Of a DNA stretch of 64,000 bases, positions 36,291 to 49,716 are shown one piece after another. Source of the stretch: Chiloscyllium plagiosum (Eukaryota); the NCBI RefSeq assembly GCF_004010195.1, contig NC_057718.1, positions 94,150,039-94,214,038 of the forward strand. The letters run 5' to 3'. The number at the start of each line of letters is the position of its first letter. Position 1 is the stretch's first letter. The notes under the pieces are model-generated. The model did not search any database, was not told where the DNA came from, and saw nothing but the letters and a program-made list of their open reading frames with translations. The position numbers and the translations under genes were made by a program.

Positions 36291-37169
36291 CCCAAATGTC
36301 AGCATTGTTACTTTCTACTTCAGTCAGACTCATTACTATTCTCTATTTGAGTGCTATCTGCCTCTCCAGAATTTTGTGGACCCAATCTGATATTCTTTCC
36401 GACTGTCCACAATCCAGCCAAATTAGCTTGAACTCTCCCAAACAGCACTAGTGAAGGAACACAGTTCTGGGTTAATTTGGACATAACTCTATCGGTTTGT
36501 ACAGGTGCCACCCTCAGATCCAGTCCTAGATTCCTAGGAATCCAAAAGAACTTCCTCCTGCAACATTTCCAGCCACTCACACATCTGTTTTATCCTCCTA
36601 TTTCTGAACTCACTTATACGTAGTGCTGTTGTCATAGAAGAGAATATAGATTGCCAATTTACACACAGCAAGTTCCCTCAAACAATAGTGAGGTAAATCA
36701 TTTCCCATCTACTCTACAATGCATTTCATTATTTTAGATGATTCAGTTAATCAAACGCTGAACCAAACCAAGGCAGGAGCAAATGACAGCAGATGCTGGA
36801 ATCTGTACTGAAAACAAACAATGCTGGAGATCACAGCAGACCAGGCAGCATCCATGGAGATAGAACAAACTAACATTTTGAGTCTAGGTGACTGTTCTAA
36901 GAGTCATTGAACATAATCAAGACTGGGTCAGGCAGATGTTTAACAAGGGAATCATAAGTTATGAGGAATAGGCAGGAAGGTGGAGTTAAGTGCAGATTTG
37001 AATCCAAGCCAATCACTTTTCTTTGGTGGCAGAATTTATTAACTATTCAGTTTCCCAGCTCCTTCCGAATAACAGTGCCATCTTTCTCCCTGATATATAT
37101 CGATCTAATCAATTTGTTAAGCAATTAACCTCGATCACCTGCTTTTAACAAATGCACCATAGGATGAAG

Positions 37170-37790
37170 GCATTGTTGGCTGGACCAGCATTTATTGGCT
37201 ATTCTTACATGCCCTTGAGAAGGTGGTGAGTTGCAGTTCATTTGACATAGGTAGACTCACAATGTTATCAAGGAGACAGTCCCAGTATTAGGATCCAGTG
37301 ACAATGAAGGAATGATAATATCTTTCCAAGTCAGGATGGTGATGGGCTTGGATGGGAACTTGTAGGGTGTGGTGTTCCCATGTATCTGCTGCTCTTGCCC
37401 TTCCAGGTTATGGATTTAGAACATGCTATCCAAGGATCTTTGGTAAATTTCTGCAGTGCATCTTTTAGATAGCACACACTGCTGCTACTGAGCATCAATG
37501 GTGGAAAGAGTGGATATTTGTGAATGTGGTGCCAATCAGGTGGGCTACTTTGTTTGGATGGTGTTAAGCCTCCTGAGTGTTGTTGGAGCTACACACATTC
37601 AGGCAGGTGGGGAGTATTCCATCACACTCCCAACTAGTGCCTTTTAGATGATGGACAGACCTTGGGGAGTCAGGAGATGAGTCACACATTGATGGTTCAC
37701 AGCCTCTAACTTAGGCTTGTAGCCACCATATATAGTGAGTCCAGTTCAGCTTTGGTTAATGTGAACCCCTTAGGATTTCATATAGTGTCT
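37170..37790 (-). mobile_element. Old CR1-like LINE 3' region (related pieces at ~43105-43430 and ~56850-57140)
   Basis: CCAGCATTTATTG..GCCCTTGAGAAGGTGGTG tail and CAAGTCAGGATGGTG..GGGAACTTG; the 43104-43466 ORF shows FTVAGSKPWNSLP. Confidence 0.6.
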
Positions 37791-38964
37791 TTCACCTCCT
37801 CAGAATGTACCAAAGAGTTTCCCCACAGTGAAGTATTTCTGTGGGACAGCCACTATTGCAAAGCTGTAAATAATTAGGTCATTGTCATTGCAACTCTTCC
37901 AATGCTTTACTCCCAGCACCATATCATGATAAATAGAGAGTAACAGGACCATTATTTGAAACTATAAAGCAAGTATGGTTGTTTCGTGCAGCCTTAATGT
38001 AAGATTATTGATGTCCTGATCTAAATGAAGCAATGTAATAGTCTTGAGAATATTTATTAATGTCGCATACTCTCAAGTCAAGTTCTGGTAAAATAGTGTG
38101 ACATAGGCCTGGATTTAACAGAGTAAGCAGGAGGGCTAATGATGACAAGCACATTGAGCAAGGTGCAGAATCACAGGGGAAACTACAAGGCCCTTTCCCA
38201 CTGGTGGGTTAATAAAACCCCCAACTTAAACAACCGTGAAAATGGACCAATGTATGTAACCTGCCTGCTGCATTACGAGGCTGATTCGTGAGCTATTTTA
38301 GGCCATTACCCAGGAGCCCACCAGGATTCAGTGATAACTCAAGGACTTGTGGAGGTCTACAGTGGATTACGAAGACCATCAGGCAATCCCTGACTGGTTT
38401 TTCAGCAAATTTCCAGGATTGTCCTTGCTGTCAAAGGAGCTGAGTGACTACACAAGAGACCCTGGCATCAGGAAGGTGGGATCTGGCTGACAGTTGCCTT
38501 CCTTGCCCTTTCAACTGACACTTCTGCTCCACCCTACCCTCACTGGCGATCCCCTCCTTTTGACCTCCAACCTGTCAACACTCTGTCCTCTCGAGGTGAT
38601 GATCCCTTTTGAAGACATCTCACTGAAGGCCTCCACCAGCTGTTAGCCTGGTTGGCATGACTGAGGAGGGGAGAGGTCTTTCCACCTGACCAGGGACTTC
38701 TGTGGATGTCTTCATGCTGTCCACCTTGGTACCTGATGGCAGTTAAATAATAAATAAAAACCGAAAGAACTGTGGTTTGTCAGAAACAAAAACAGATGTT
38801 GCTGGAAAAGCTCAGCACATCTGGCAACATCTGTGAAGAGAAATCAACAACTTCTGTTCTTGTTGCAATTAAATAGTGTTGTCTCCTTGGTAAAGTGATA
38901 CAGGCTTCCTACCTGTTGTCCTACTGGAGGATCAAGTCCAGTGATCCACACTTTGGAATCACCT

Positions 38965-39500
38965 GAGGGTAGTGTGGTAGACGTTGTCTAAATGGACTTT
39001 TGCAAAGCCTTTGCCAAGGTCCTGCATGGTGCGTTGAGTAAGGTTAAATCTCACAGAAGAAGGGCTCATGCCCAAAACGTCGATTCTCCTGCTCCTTGGA
39101 TGCTGCCTGACCTGCTGCGCTTTTCCAGCAACACATTTTCAGCTCTGATCTCCAGCATCTGCAGTCCTCACTTTCTCCTTAAATCTCACAGAATCCAAGG
39201 AGAGCTAGCCAGCTGGGTACAAAATTGGTTTGAAGGTAGAAGACAGAGGGTGGTGGTAGAGGATTGGTTTTCTGATTTCTGTCTTCTACTACCCCATGTC
39301 TTCTACCTTCAAGCCAATTTTGTATCCAGTTGGCTAGCTCTCCTTGGATTCCGTGAGATTTAACCTTACTCAATGCACCATGCAGTACCTTGGCTAAGGG
39401 TCCACTGTTATTTATCACACGATTTGGTTAAGAATTTAGGAAGTATAATTAGTATGTTTGCAGATGACACTAAGCTTGGTGGTATAGTGAACAGTGAAGA
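38965..39500 (+). mobile_element. CR1 RT fragment with an internal fold-back inversion and a family-A Penelope-derived insert (39059-39178, 15-bp TSD)
   Basis: MDFCKAFAKV.HG..WVQNWFEGRRQRVVV and MFADDTKLGG motifs; ~39282-39400 is the reverse complement of the preceding segment; TTAAATCTCACAGAA at 39044-39058 and 39179-39193. Confidence 0.85.
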
Positions 39501-40094
39501 ATACTGTGTCTGTATGTGTTGGCGTCATTAACCATTACCTTATGACAGAAACCCATCTGTCAGTTGGAAGACCATAGTGAAAGTGGTCCTTTATAAACAG
39601 GTACAGAAACAAGCACGATCCCCTGCACCACTGCCTAGCTTCTCCCGAAGGTATTTAGCAAAAGTTACAAACACCTTCTGGATTTGCTAAAGAAGCAAAG
39701 AATACTGCACATTGTTGAGGAGTGCCCCTCTCCAGATTAAATGGAGGACGAAACGACAAATAAGTGACTGATTACTTTGCTTTTGTTAAATAAATAAAAG
39801 ATCTAGTCTTCAAATAATTCGAAACGACTTATAACTTGCCAATCCTCTGTATGCTGTAGATGAGTTTGCATAGAGAGGCTGGAAGGAGCAGTGACTGGGA
39901 TTACATTCCGTCCACAGTCCGCAGTGAAGTTGATTGCTTGCCTTCACACCTTGCTGTTACTTGAGCATCTTCATCAACACATTGTTCTCAGTACAACAAG
40001 TTTGTGGAGACCACCCATGTTGTTCATATTCCTCTCTCCGGCTTGATTCTGTACATTGGCGAATTGGTCTTCTGACCCGTAGACTGCATAATGG

Positions 40095-40440
40095 GGTGGT
40101 ATGATGGCTCAGTGGCTAACACTGCTGCCTCACAAAGGCGGGGACCCGGGGTCGACTCCAGCCTCGGGCGACTATCTGTGTGCAGTTTGCACACTCTCTC
40201 CGTGTCTGCGTGGGTTTCCTCCGGATGCTCCGGTTTCCTCCCACAGTCCAAAGATATGCAGGTCAGGTGGATTGGCCAGGCTAAATTGCCCATAGTGTTC
40301 AGGGATGTGTTGGTTCGGTGCATTAGTCAGTGGTAAATATAGGATTATAGGGTAGGGGAATGGATCTGGGTGGGATATTCTTCGGAGGGTCAGTGTGGAC
40401 TTGTTGGGCTGAAGGGCCTGTTTCCACACCATAGAGATTC
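40095..40440 (+). mobile_element. HE1-like SINE, full length
   Basis: Head, core GGTTTCCTCCCACAGTCCAAAGAT and tail are all present. Confidence 0.88.
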
Positions 40441-42420
40441 TATTGTAAGATTCAATGATTTACCTGTACCCTCTCATCATCCACAAACAGCGGAGTGACC
40501 CTGTTAATAAAATGAACCACCTTCTCACTGTGGTCCCTTCCATCAGAATTCCAAGTTTTGCGTTCAACAACAATCTGTATTTGTGTAGCACCTTTAATGC
40601 AGCGAACATCTCAAAGCACTTCAGAGGTGCATTGTCAAAGTTTGCTGCAGTACCACGTAAGGAGGTAGAGAGATAGCCAGCTGAAGGTTTGGTTAAAGTG
40701 GAAGGCTTGAAGTAGCGTCCGATTTGAGAGATAGAAAGGGCAGTTTAGGGAGGGAGAGACAGTGCTTGTCAGTAGGTGGTATAATTAAAAGCAGAGGTGT
40801 GTAGGGGATCAGAATTAATAGAGAAAAGCCATGTCAGAGGGTTGGAGGTGAATTCCAGAGATTGGAAGAGTCAAGTGCATGGATAGATTTGAAAACTAGG
40901 ATAAGGACTTTTCCCACCAAGGCAATGATTTTGACTCGGTGCAATAATGTTTTGCATTATATTCTGTATGTTGGAACTGCGAGATCGCGTTGGATCACAA
41001 AGTGTCTTATGATCCTCTATTATTAAGTGTCATTGAAGATATTCAAAGATAGGGGGCACTTGTGGTACCTGCCACATCTCAGAAACCGTACTTTGATAAA
41101 TAACCTCCCCCACTTCAGTGAAATCTTGATTTAGCGTCAGAATGGAATTTAAACCTTACAGATGCTGAAATAAACCAGATGTTGAGGTACACAAGGGAAA
41201 TACAGAGAAATCTTTTTACTGCTTGGAAATGTTTTGCTTATATGTTGGAATTGTGCAATTGTGTTGGGTCACAATGTGTAAATATATCAATTCTGCACCC
41301 CTTTGTCCATTGCTATTTGCCTGAATTGAACTTTCAGAATTACGCTTGCCGCAACAAGGGTTGAGGTCCTACATTCAATGTCAGTGTTGGCTTGTAATTA
41401 CTCCCTGCAGCCTGCAGTGAGAGCAAACACAGGCAGAAAGCGCAGGAGCTTCAGAGTAATATCACTTGTCACAGCTGTGACAACTGAAGTTAAGAATGAA
41501 GGCTTGTTGCTTGTTGAAGTTTGTTTGACCACAGATGAATCTGAAAGACACCAGGACTGGGAACAGTTGCAATAAAATGTCTCCCAAGTGTGGGATCTGT
41601 AAGGACAGCTCCATTGCTTCAGATCACATTGATATGTACAAATACACCATCACATGCAATAAGAATGCCCTGGGAGAAATTCCTTTGATATTAAAGGATT
41701 CCCCCCAGAGTTATTTAACCTGGTACATTCAGAGAGCAAACAGAACTTGCATCCAGGGTGTTCCTCCCTGAGACTTCCATCTGGCTGTTTCTGTGCATTT
41801 GGAATTTCTGACTTATCCTCCGAAGTAGGAGAAATACTTTCTCATGCTAATGAACGTGCTTTCGCTTTCAGCATCTGCTCTGCTACCTCAGAGGGCATTC
41901 GAAGGAGAGCCTTAAAACTCTGTCACTCATCGCCAGTAAGAATGGGGCTAGTAGCCAAGATGTGACGTTACAAAAATCGTCAAAACTTAAACCTTACTTT
42001 GTTCCCCACCTCCTCTCTCTCTCTCTCTTCTCTGCTCATCTCCTCTTCATTCATTCACAATTAAAGTGAGAAATGGCATAATTCAGCTCTGCCTCCCAAA
42101 TCTAACTTCCACATTAATATATCCCCATATAGTTCTTTTGGGTGTCCACACATTTCCATTTACAGGTTAGCGATTTTGTCAAAACAATTAGCAAAAAAAA
42201 AATGATTGCGCACACAGACTGATGAGTGAACGGCCAGAGAAAATTAATACCATTAATAACTGGAGAACTGATATACATTCCAACTATGAGTATTCTTCAG
42301 CTGGTTTGAGATATTATTACAAGGGATTCCAAAATGATCCACTGCAGCATTCTATTTAATTATTCCACGTTTTTCTACTTTAATCTCATCTGTGTACCCG
42401 AAATATTCCATAATTGTGAG

Positions 42421-42668
42421 TGTTTTCAAAATATTTAATCCAAATCGCAAATCCTTCGTTCTCCTCCTCTGTTCAAAGTTAAAAATCACACAACATCAGG
42501 TTATAGTCCAACAAGCTTGTACTTTCAAATAAACCTGTTGGACTATAACCTGATGTTGTGTGATTCTTAACTTTGAGCAGAGGAGAAGAACGAAGGATTT
42601 GAGATTTGGATTTAATATTTTAAAAACAACCCAGTCCAACAGCAGCACCTTCACATTTGTCCTCTGTT
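42421..42668. mobile_element. Family-B Penelope-derived hairpin including an inverted copy of its own flank
   Basis: 42421-42513 pairs with 42536-42628; TCCTCTGTT at 42465-42473 and 42660-42668. Confidence 0.85.
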
Positions 42669-43829
42669 AACTCAGTCTATAGTGCAATTAATTATGCCCT
42701 AATCTCTGCTATGATTGTATTGTAATGATATCTCCACGTTTTCCTCCCCAATAATCTATCTCCTGGTAAGCCTACACATTGTTCCTTTTTTGGATGATCA
42801 ACCAATTTTTTCTGAATGTTCCCAGCATGCTCTCAGGCAGTCATTTTCAGATTTTGACCACTCGCTGAGTGAAATTGTTTTGTCTCCTGCCACAGTTGCA
42901 TCTGTTGCTAAATACCTTAAATCTGTGGCCTGCTCCCATTGCTGTACCTTCCACCATCAGGGGCACTTTTTCTCTCTCCATTCTGCTTATAATTTTGAAT
43001 ATCTTCACCAAGTCTCCTTTCAACTTTTGCTAAGGAAATCCATTTGTGTGTTTTCTGTTTCTGTTTTCTTATCACCCCTCAAAGATCACTTGAGTGAAGT
43101 TTTTTAAAAATTCATTTGCGGGATGTAGGTGTCTCTGGCTCGGCCAGTATTTATTGCCTGTCCCAAGTTGCCCCTGAGAAGGTGGGGGTGAGCTACCTTC
43201 TTGAACCACTGCAGTCCACCTGCTGTGGGTTGATCCACAATGCACTTAGGGAGGGAATTCCAGGGTTTTGACCCAGCAACAGTGAAGGAACAGCGATAAA
43301 TTTTCAAGATGGGATGGTGAGTGGCTTGGAGGGGAACTTGAAGGTGGTGGTGTATCTGCTGCCCTTGTCCTTCCAGATGGAAGAGGTCATGGTGTGGAAG
43401 GTGCTGTCTGAGGGATCTTTGGTGAATTTTGGCAAAATTGGGAATGGATAGATTTGGATATACCAATGTACCCTATTTATGTGGGACCAACTGGATGAAC
43501 CATAGTGCCATGATTATTGGATATTGTGGTCACAAAACTGTTTCATCTCCTAAAAATAGAGCTGTTGGCTTTTTTGTTTGTTTTTGATTTAAATTAGCCC
43601 CTTCTTCATTTTGAGATGTTACCCTGTCGTCGGAGACATACAACTGCAGCCAGCAGATACTGGAGGCTGTCTTAGAAAATGTTCTCACTTGTAAATAGGA
43701 TCAAGAACCAATGGGCATTGTTTTAAAGTGCTTGGGAAAGGAAACAAATGTGAGGTGAAAAAAAAAACCCCAAACACATTGTAAATGCACTGCCTTCAAG
43801 TGTGGTGGAGGTAAGGTCAACTACAGTGA

Positions 43830-44350
43830 AAAGTATTGCTTTGCGTGCTAACCAGACCAATTATACCATACATAAGTACATCAGGGTCATAGAACAGAAT
43901 GCAGAATGTTACAGCTACAGAGAAGGTACAGAAAAAGATCAACTCTAACATGTGAACAATCCTTTATAAATCTGATGACAGCGGGGAAGAAGCTGTTCTT
44001 GAATCTGCTGGTGCATGTTTTCAAAATTCTGCATCTTCTCCCTGATGGAATAGGGTGGAAGAGAGTATAACTGAGGTCTTTGATTATGTTGGCTACTTTC
44101 TCGAGGCAGCAGGAAGTGGGGATGAAGTCAATGGAGGGAAGACTGGTTTTCAGAATGGACTGGGGGCTACGTTCACATCGCTCTGTAATTTCTTGTGGTC
44201 CTGGGCAGAGCAGTTGCCCTGACAAGCTGTGATGTATCCAGACAGGATGCTGCCTGAATTGCTGTGCTCTTCCAGCACCACTGATCCAGAATTTGGTTTC
44301 CAGCATCTGCAATTATTGTTTTTACCAGGATGCTTTCTATGGTGCATTTC
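43830..44350 (-). mobile_element. Rex1/Babar-like LINE fragment with a short Penelope-type insert (CAGGATGCT repeated at 44243-44251 and 44326-44334)
   Basis: SLPSIDF..CLEKVANIIKD..PSGRR..FKNSFFPAVIR. Confidence 0.75.
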
Positions 44351-44979
44351 TATGGTGCATTTATAAAAAGCTTTTCTGCTTCCGCAGCTCCTTTACATTC
44401 TTTGTAAGACATTCCTTCCAATCAGCAACTTCGAGGAAGTTTGTATTCACCTGATGTCACTTTCTATCATGAAAAAGTCAAGCGTATGCTGCCACCCTGT
44501 GGCATGGCATGAGTCATGCAGAAAAGAGTCGACAAAAAGGTGGCAGTAAACAGGAAATCATTGCAAGGCAAAACCAATGTAGTTTAGAGTATTTTTATGA
44601 TTCTGCCTGATACTATTACTGTACAAGTCAAAATTCAGACTGAAAGATGGCTTGGCAGACTTTTTTTTAACTGAGGAGGTTGTCCCGCTCTGAAACACCA
44701 AGCATAAAATATTGCAGTTTTGGTTTTAACAATAAAACAAAAAGGTATCATGCAAAAGAAATGAAGATAAAATAGAGTAAACCAAACTATACACATACAG
44801 CACAACTTGAAAGATTAGAAACACAGTGCAGAAATACAGTCCCGTCTATCCAAACACCATCATATTATAGTACTCCAACACCAGAGAGAGTTCCCTTCAC
44901 CATACTAGCTCTAGGTTTAATTTAATTGATTCTTTCAATTCCAGGTCCTGAGAGATTTGTAATCTCTTCCTTGGTTATG

Positions 44980-45126
44980 AGGTGGAAACACCGGTGTTGG
45001 ACTGGGGTGGACAAAATCAGAAGTCACATGACACCAGGTTATAGTCCAACAGGTGTGTTTGAAACCACAAACTTTCAGAGTGTTGCTCCTTCAGCTGATG
45101 ATCTGGTGTTGTGTGACTTCAGATTT
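44980..45126. mobile_element. Family-B Penelope-derived element, decayed, with a short inverted arm
   Basis: GGTGTTGGACTGGGGTG..CACCAGGTTATAGTCCAACAGG and the inverted CTGGTGTTGTGTGACTTC. Confidence 0.72.
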
Positions 45127-46502
45127 CTTCCTAACCAGTCACACAAGTGAACTTAGACTTACTCAGCTTCAAATAACCTTTTCAGGTTTCTAATCAAGCA
45201 TTTCTGGTCTGGAAGTTTCAAGCTAAAGCCCCTACACTGAGGCAATTGTTTTCCAAACTGTGGTAAGTTAACTCCTTTCTGTAGCTGAATCTTTTGCACA
45301 TGTAACTTCCACCAGGACTTGTGCAAAATGAAAAACAAAAGCTTCTCAAGCTATGGATTTTTCCACTCCGCAAAAGAAAACTCCTGAACTTTCTAAATTG
45401 AAAGTAAGCGAATGCTCTGCAATGTTTATTCCGTCTGCTCATAAACTTCCCAAACCAAGCGAATTCCTATTATCAAACCAGGATCTCCTTCTCTCATACT
45501 GGTTAAAAGAATTGTTCCAGGATGAGTTAAATATTTAATCCTGTCACACAAACAGACCTAAACTCACATGCCACTAATTCAAAATCCAAACTCAAGAATA
45601 AATGCTATTGTAACATATTTAAGTTGCACCACAACATTGAACAAGCAATGAATAGTCAACATTGTTCAGTCACACTCCTATGAGACATTGATATGTATCA
45701 TTTAGCTACATCTTGCTTTATACATGCAATTTGTGTGCATGTAATGTAGAATAGTATGTCATGAGCATTACATGAACACTTCAGCTTCATATGGTTTGAT
45801 GCATCTTGAACATTTCAAGATCTTGAGAGGGCTTCTTGATCTTATAATGGCTTACATGCTTCCTGTAACAGTCATAGAACAAACGTTACCTTCTACACCC
45901 ACCTTCAAGGATTGGAAGTATCACATTACTTACCTAAGTACAGGTGATTTTCCTATAACGCTGTAGTTGAGTTCCAATGAAACCTTGCTTAATAGAAATA
46001 ATGGAGACGATGGGAAAAGTGGGATTGGGGGCAGACCAGTAACAAATAATCACTCACGATCGCTCAAAAATCACGCAAAAGCCTAACCCAAAGTATAATA
46101 CAGACTGAATGAAGGTTTAAATCATATTTATTAACTAAACAAAAGTAAGCAAATTACATTGAAAAAATATTATTAATGCAGGGACAGAGGGTCAAAATCA
46201 CCACTACCTTTAGGTGCAGTGGTGGTTACAGAAGTGGATGGCTGTGGTTGATTGTTACTGACTCTTTCTTAGGGTTTGGTTTTAAAAAGACATCCATTTT
46301 GCTACTTTGCCTTTTTTCTTCTGTCTTGAAGAAGCTGTTCACAGGATGCCAGGTGATATCTTATATAGCACACTACTACCCTGCTGCATTCTGCATTGTA
46401 ATCATTGTCCTCTCAGAGCTGCAACTGCCTCTCAATTTCCCTCAGGACAGAAGACCAAAGAATCAGGGAAAGCTCCTGTAGTGCTGCATCGTTTTCATAG
46501 GG

Positions 46503-46715
46503 CGAAAGTGAGCACCGCAGATGCTGGAGATTAGAGTCAAGAGTGTGATGCTGGAAAAGCTCAACAGGTCAGGCAGCATCCGAGGAGCAGGAGAATTGAT
46601 GTTTCGGACAAAAGCCTTTCATCAGGATGAAGCTCATTTGCCCGAAATGTAGATTCTCCTGCTCCTCTGATGCTGCCTGACCTGCTGTGCTTTTCCAGCA
46701 ACACACTCTTGACCC
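46503..46715. mobile_element. Palindromic Penelope-derived element (family A)
   Basis: Arms GCTGGAAAAGC..GGTCAGGCAGCATC.GAGGAGCAGGAGAAT / ATTCTCCTGCTCCTC.GATGCTGCCTGACCTG..CTTTTCCAGC; minus-strand CTGATGA-A-AGGC-TTTT-GTCC-GAAAC. Confidence 0.85.
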
Positions 46716-47404
46716 CTCATCTTTTTTCATCTCCAGCTTCCACCTCCCCCTCAAGAATATTCTTGACTCAGAGGGAGAGCTCTGAACATTCATTGGTTTA
46801 ATTAGTGAGATGAAGCTGCTCAGTGTATAGTACTCTGCCACTCACATGCATGCGCAGAATGAAGCGTGTGAAATGATCGCTGCTGGAGTTACATTATTGT
46901 GAACAGAGGTAAGCGTTCTCAAAAATACCGTTCCCTAATTCTTCAGTGACGGTATAGCCAAGTCGCACTGCAGAAACACACTTTATACCTGAATTACCAC
47001 AGTAGCTAATAATTATACGTCAATCCTATCGTCCATTTACAAACATTTCATTGATAACAGAGACAAATAAGGAATGTTTTCAATGAGAGGAAATGCAGAA
47101 GGACTCCACAGTGAGCAGCCAATTTGGTCCCAAATAGTAAACATGTAAATGACCCATAAATCCAATTGTGTTGTTTTATCAAGTGTGCTATGTATGCATC
47201 TGGCACCTTCCAAAAGTTTGTTTTTGATAAATTAATAAATTGGTTTGGTTGCATCAAGTATGCTAGAATGAAAAAAACGCTGATAGGTATCATGTTGTAA
47301 ATTGGTGAACATCTACAAGTTCTTGTCACTCAGTTGACTAGATTTCTCTTCCATTTGTATTTATGGCACAAAATAGGCATATGGGAATGTGTAAACTTTA
47401 CAGT

Positions 47405-48895
47405 CAGAGACTCACAGAGATCTACAGCATGGAAACAGGCCCTTCAGTCCAACCCGTCCATGCTGACCAGATATCCCAACCCAATCTAGTCCCACCTGCC
47501 AGCACCCAGCCCATATCCCTCCAAACCCTTCCTATTCATATACCCATCCAAATGTCTCTTAAATGTTGCAATTGTACCAGCCTCCACCACATCCTCTGGC
47601 AGCTCATTCCATACCCGTACCACCCTCTGTGTGAAAAAGTTGCCCCTTAGGTCTCTTTTATATCTTTCCCCTCTCACCCTAAACCTATGCCCTCTAGTTC
47701 TGGACTCCCCGANNNNNNNNNNNNNNNNNNNNNNNNNNNNNNNNNNNNNNNNNNNNNNNNNNNNNNNNNNNNNNNNNNNNNNNNNNNNNNNNNNNNNNNN
47801 NNNNNNNNNNNNNNNNNNNNNNNNNNNNNNNNNNNNNNNNNNNNNNNNNNNNNNNNNNNNNNNNNNNNNNNNNNNNNNNNNNNNNNNNNNNNNNNNNNNN
47901 NNNNNNNNNNNNNNNNNNNNNNNNNNNNNNNNNNNNNNNNNNNNNNNNNNNNNNNNNNNNNNNNNNNNNNNNNNNNNNNNNNNNNNNNNNNNNNNNNNNN
48001 NNNNNNNNNNNNNNNNNNNNNNNNNNNNNNNNNNNNNNNNNNNNNNNNNNNNNNNNNNNNNNNNNNNNNNNNNNNNNNNNNNNNNNNNNNNNNNNNNNNN
48101 NNNNNNNNNNNNNNNNNNNNNNNNNNNNNNNNNNNNNNNNNNNNNNNNNNNNNNNNNNNNNNNNNNNNNNNNNNNNNNNNNNNNNNNNNNNNNNNNNNNN
48201 NNNNNNNNNNNNNNNNNNNNNNNNNNNNNNNNNNNNNNNNNNNNNNNNNNNNNNNNNNNNNNNNNNNNNNNNNNNNNNNNNNNNNNNNNNNNNNNNNNNN
48301 NNNNNNNNNNNNNNNNNNNNNNNNNNNNNNNNNNNNNNNNNNNNNNNNNNNNNNNNNNNNNNNNNNNNNNNNNNNNNNNNNNNNNNNNNNNNNNNNNNNN
48401 NNNNNNNNNNNNNNNNNNNNNNNNNNNNNNNNNNNNNNNNNNNNNNNNNNNNNNNNNNNNNNNNNNNNNNNNNNNNNNNNNNNNNNNNNNNNNNNNNNNN
48501 NNNNNNNNNNNNNNNNNNNNNNNNNNNNNNNNNNNNNNNNNNNNNNNNNNNNNNNNNNNNNNNNNNNNNNNNNNNNNNNNNNNNNNNNNNNNNNNNNNNN
48601 NNNNNNNNNNNNNNNNNNNNNNNNNNNNNNNNNNNNNNCTGATCAGGTCCTGGGGATTTATCCACCTTTACCCATTTCAAGACATCCAGCACTTCTTCCT
48701 CTGTAATCTGGACATTTTGCAAGATGTCACCCTCTATTTCCCTACAATCTATATCTTCCATATATTTTTCTACAGTAAATACTGATGCAAAATACTCATT
48801 TAGTATCTCCCCCATTTTCTGCGGCTCCACACAAAGGCCGCCTTGCTGATCTTTGAGGGGCCTTATTCTCTCCCTAGTTACCCTTTTGTCCTTAA
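47405..48895 (-). mobile_element. CR1/HER1-type LINE spanning an assembly gap
   Basis: 3' tail to the left of the gap; ILNEYFASVFT..VKVDKSPGPD to the right of it. Confidence 0.85.
47713..48638. other. Assembly gap (926 N)
   Basis: Run of N. Confidence 1.
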
Positions 48896-49149
48896 CTTTC
48901 TTAAGAACTTTGAGCGATTTACAACTACAAAAGGTTTTCGATAAAGTGCACTCATCTAAATTTCTCAATGCCGCAATCCACTGCTGCAAACACAGCAACA
49001 AAAAGGGTTCCTGTGGTTCTGACATAGGGTCGCAGGCTGACACAACATTAACTCTCTTTTTCTTTCTACAGATCCTGTCAGGATTGCTGAGTTTCTCCAG
49101 CATTCTTTAATCAGATTTGCAGCATCACAGTACTTGGTGTTTATTTTAG

Positions 49150-49385
49150 GGGCAGGGAGGATGTTTCCCCTGGCCGACAAGTCGAGAACCAGGGAACGTA
49201 GTTTCAGGATACAGGCTGGACCATTTAGGATGGAGATGGGGAATAATTTCTTCACTAGAAGAGAAGTTGGCCTGTGGAATTCTCTGCAGGGAGCTGTTGA
49301 GGCCAAGTTGCTGACTATATTCAAGAAAGAAAGAGATAATGTTTAGATTTGAAAGGCATCAAACGATATGGGAAAAAAGCAGGAA
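49150..49385 (+). mobile_element. CR1-type LINE 3' fragment
   Basis: RMFPL..FRMEMGNNFFTRREVGLWNSL. Confidence 0.75.
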
Positions 49386-49394
49386 TATTTCATA

Positions 49395-49716
49395 GACTCC
49401 TCTCAATGTGGAAACAAGCCATTCAGCCCAACACTGATCCTCCAAAGAGTATCCCATTCCCCAGCCCTTTTACTGTACATTTACCCCTGACTAATGCACC
49501 TAACCTACACAACCCCTGAGCACTATGGGCAATTTTAGCATGGCCATTTCACCTAACCTACACATCTTTGGACTGTGGGAGGAAACCGGAGCACCCAGAG
49601 GAAACCCAAGCAGACATGGGGAGAATGTGCAAACTGCACAGAGACAGTCACCCAAGGCTGGAATCAAATCCGGGTCCCTGGCGCTGTGAGGCAGCAGTGC
49701 TAACCACTGAGCCACC
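49395..49716 (-). mobile_element. HE1-like SINE
   Basis: Core and head on the minus strand. Confidence 0.87.

Noticed and set aside
45941..46990. Possible Tigger/Tc1-like DNA transposon starting TA-CAGG
   Set aside because: Could not establish matching terminal inverted repeats or a transposase by eye.
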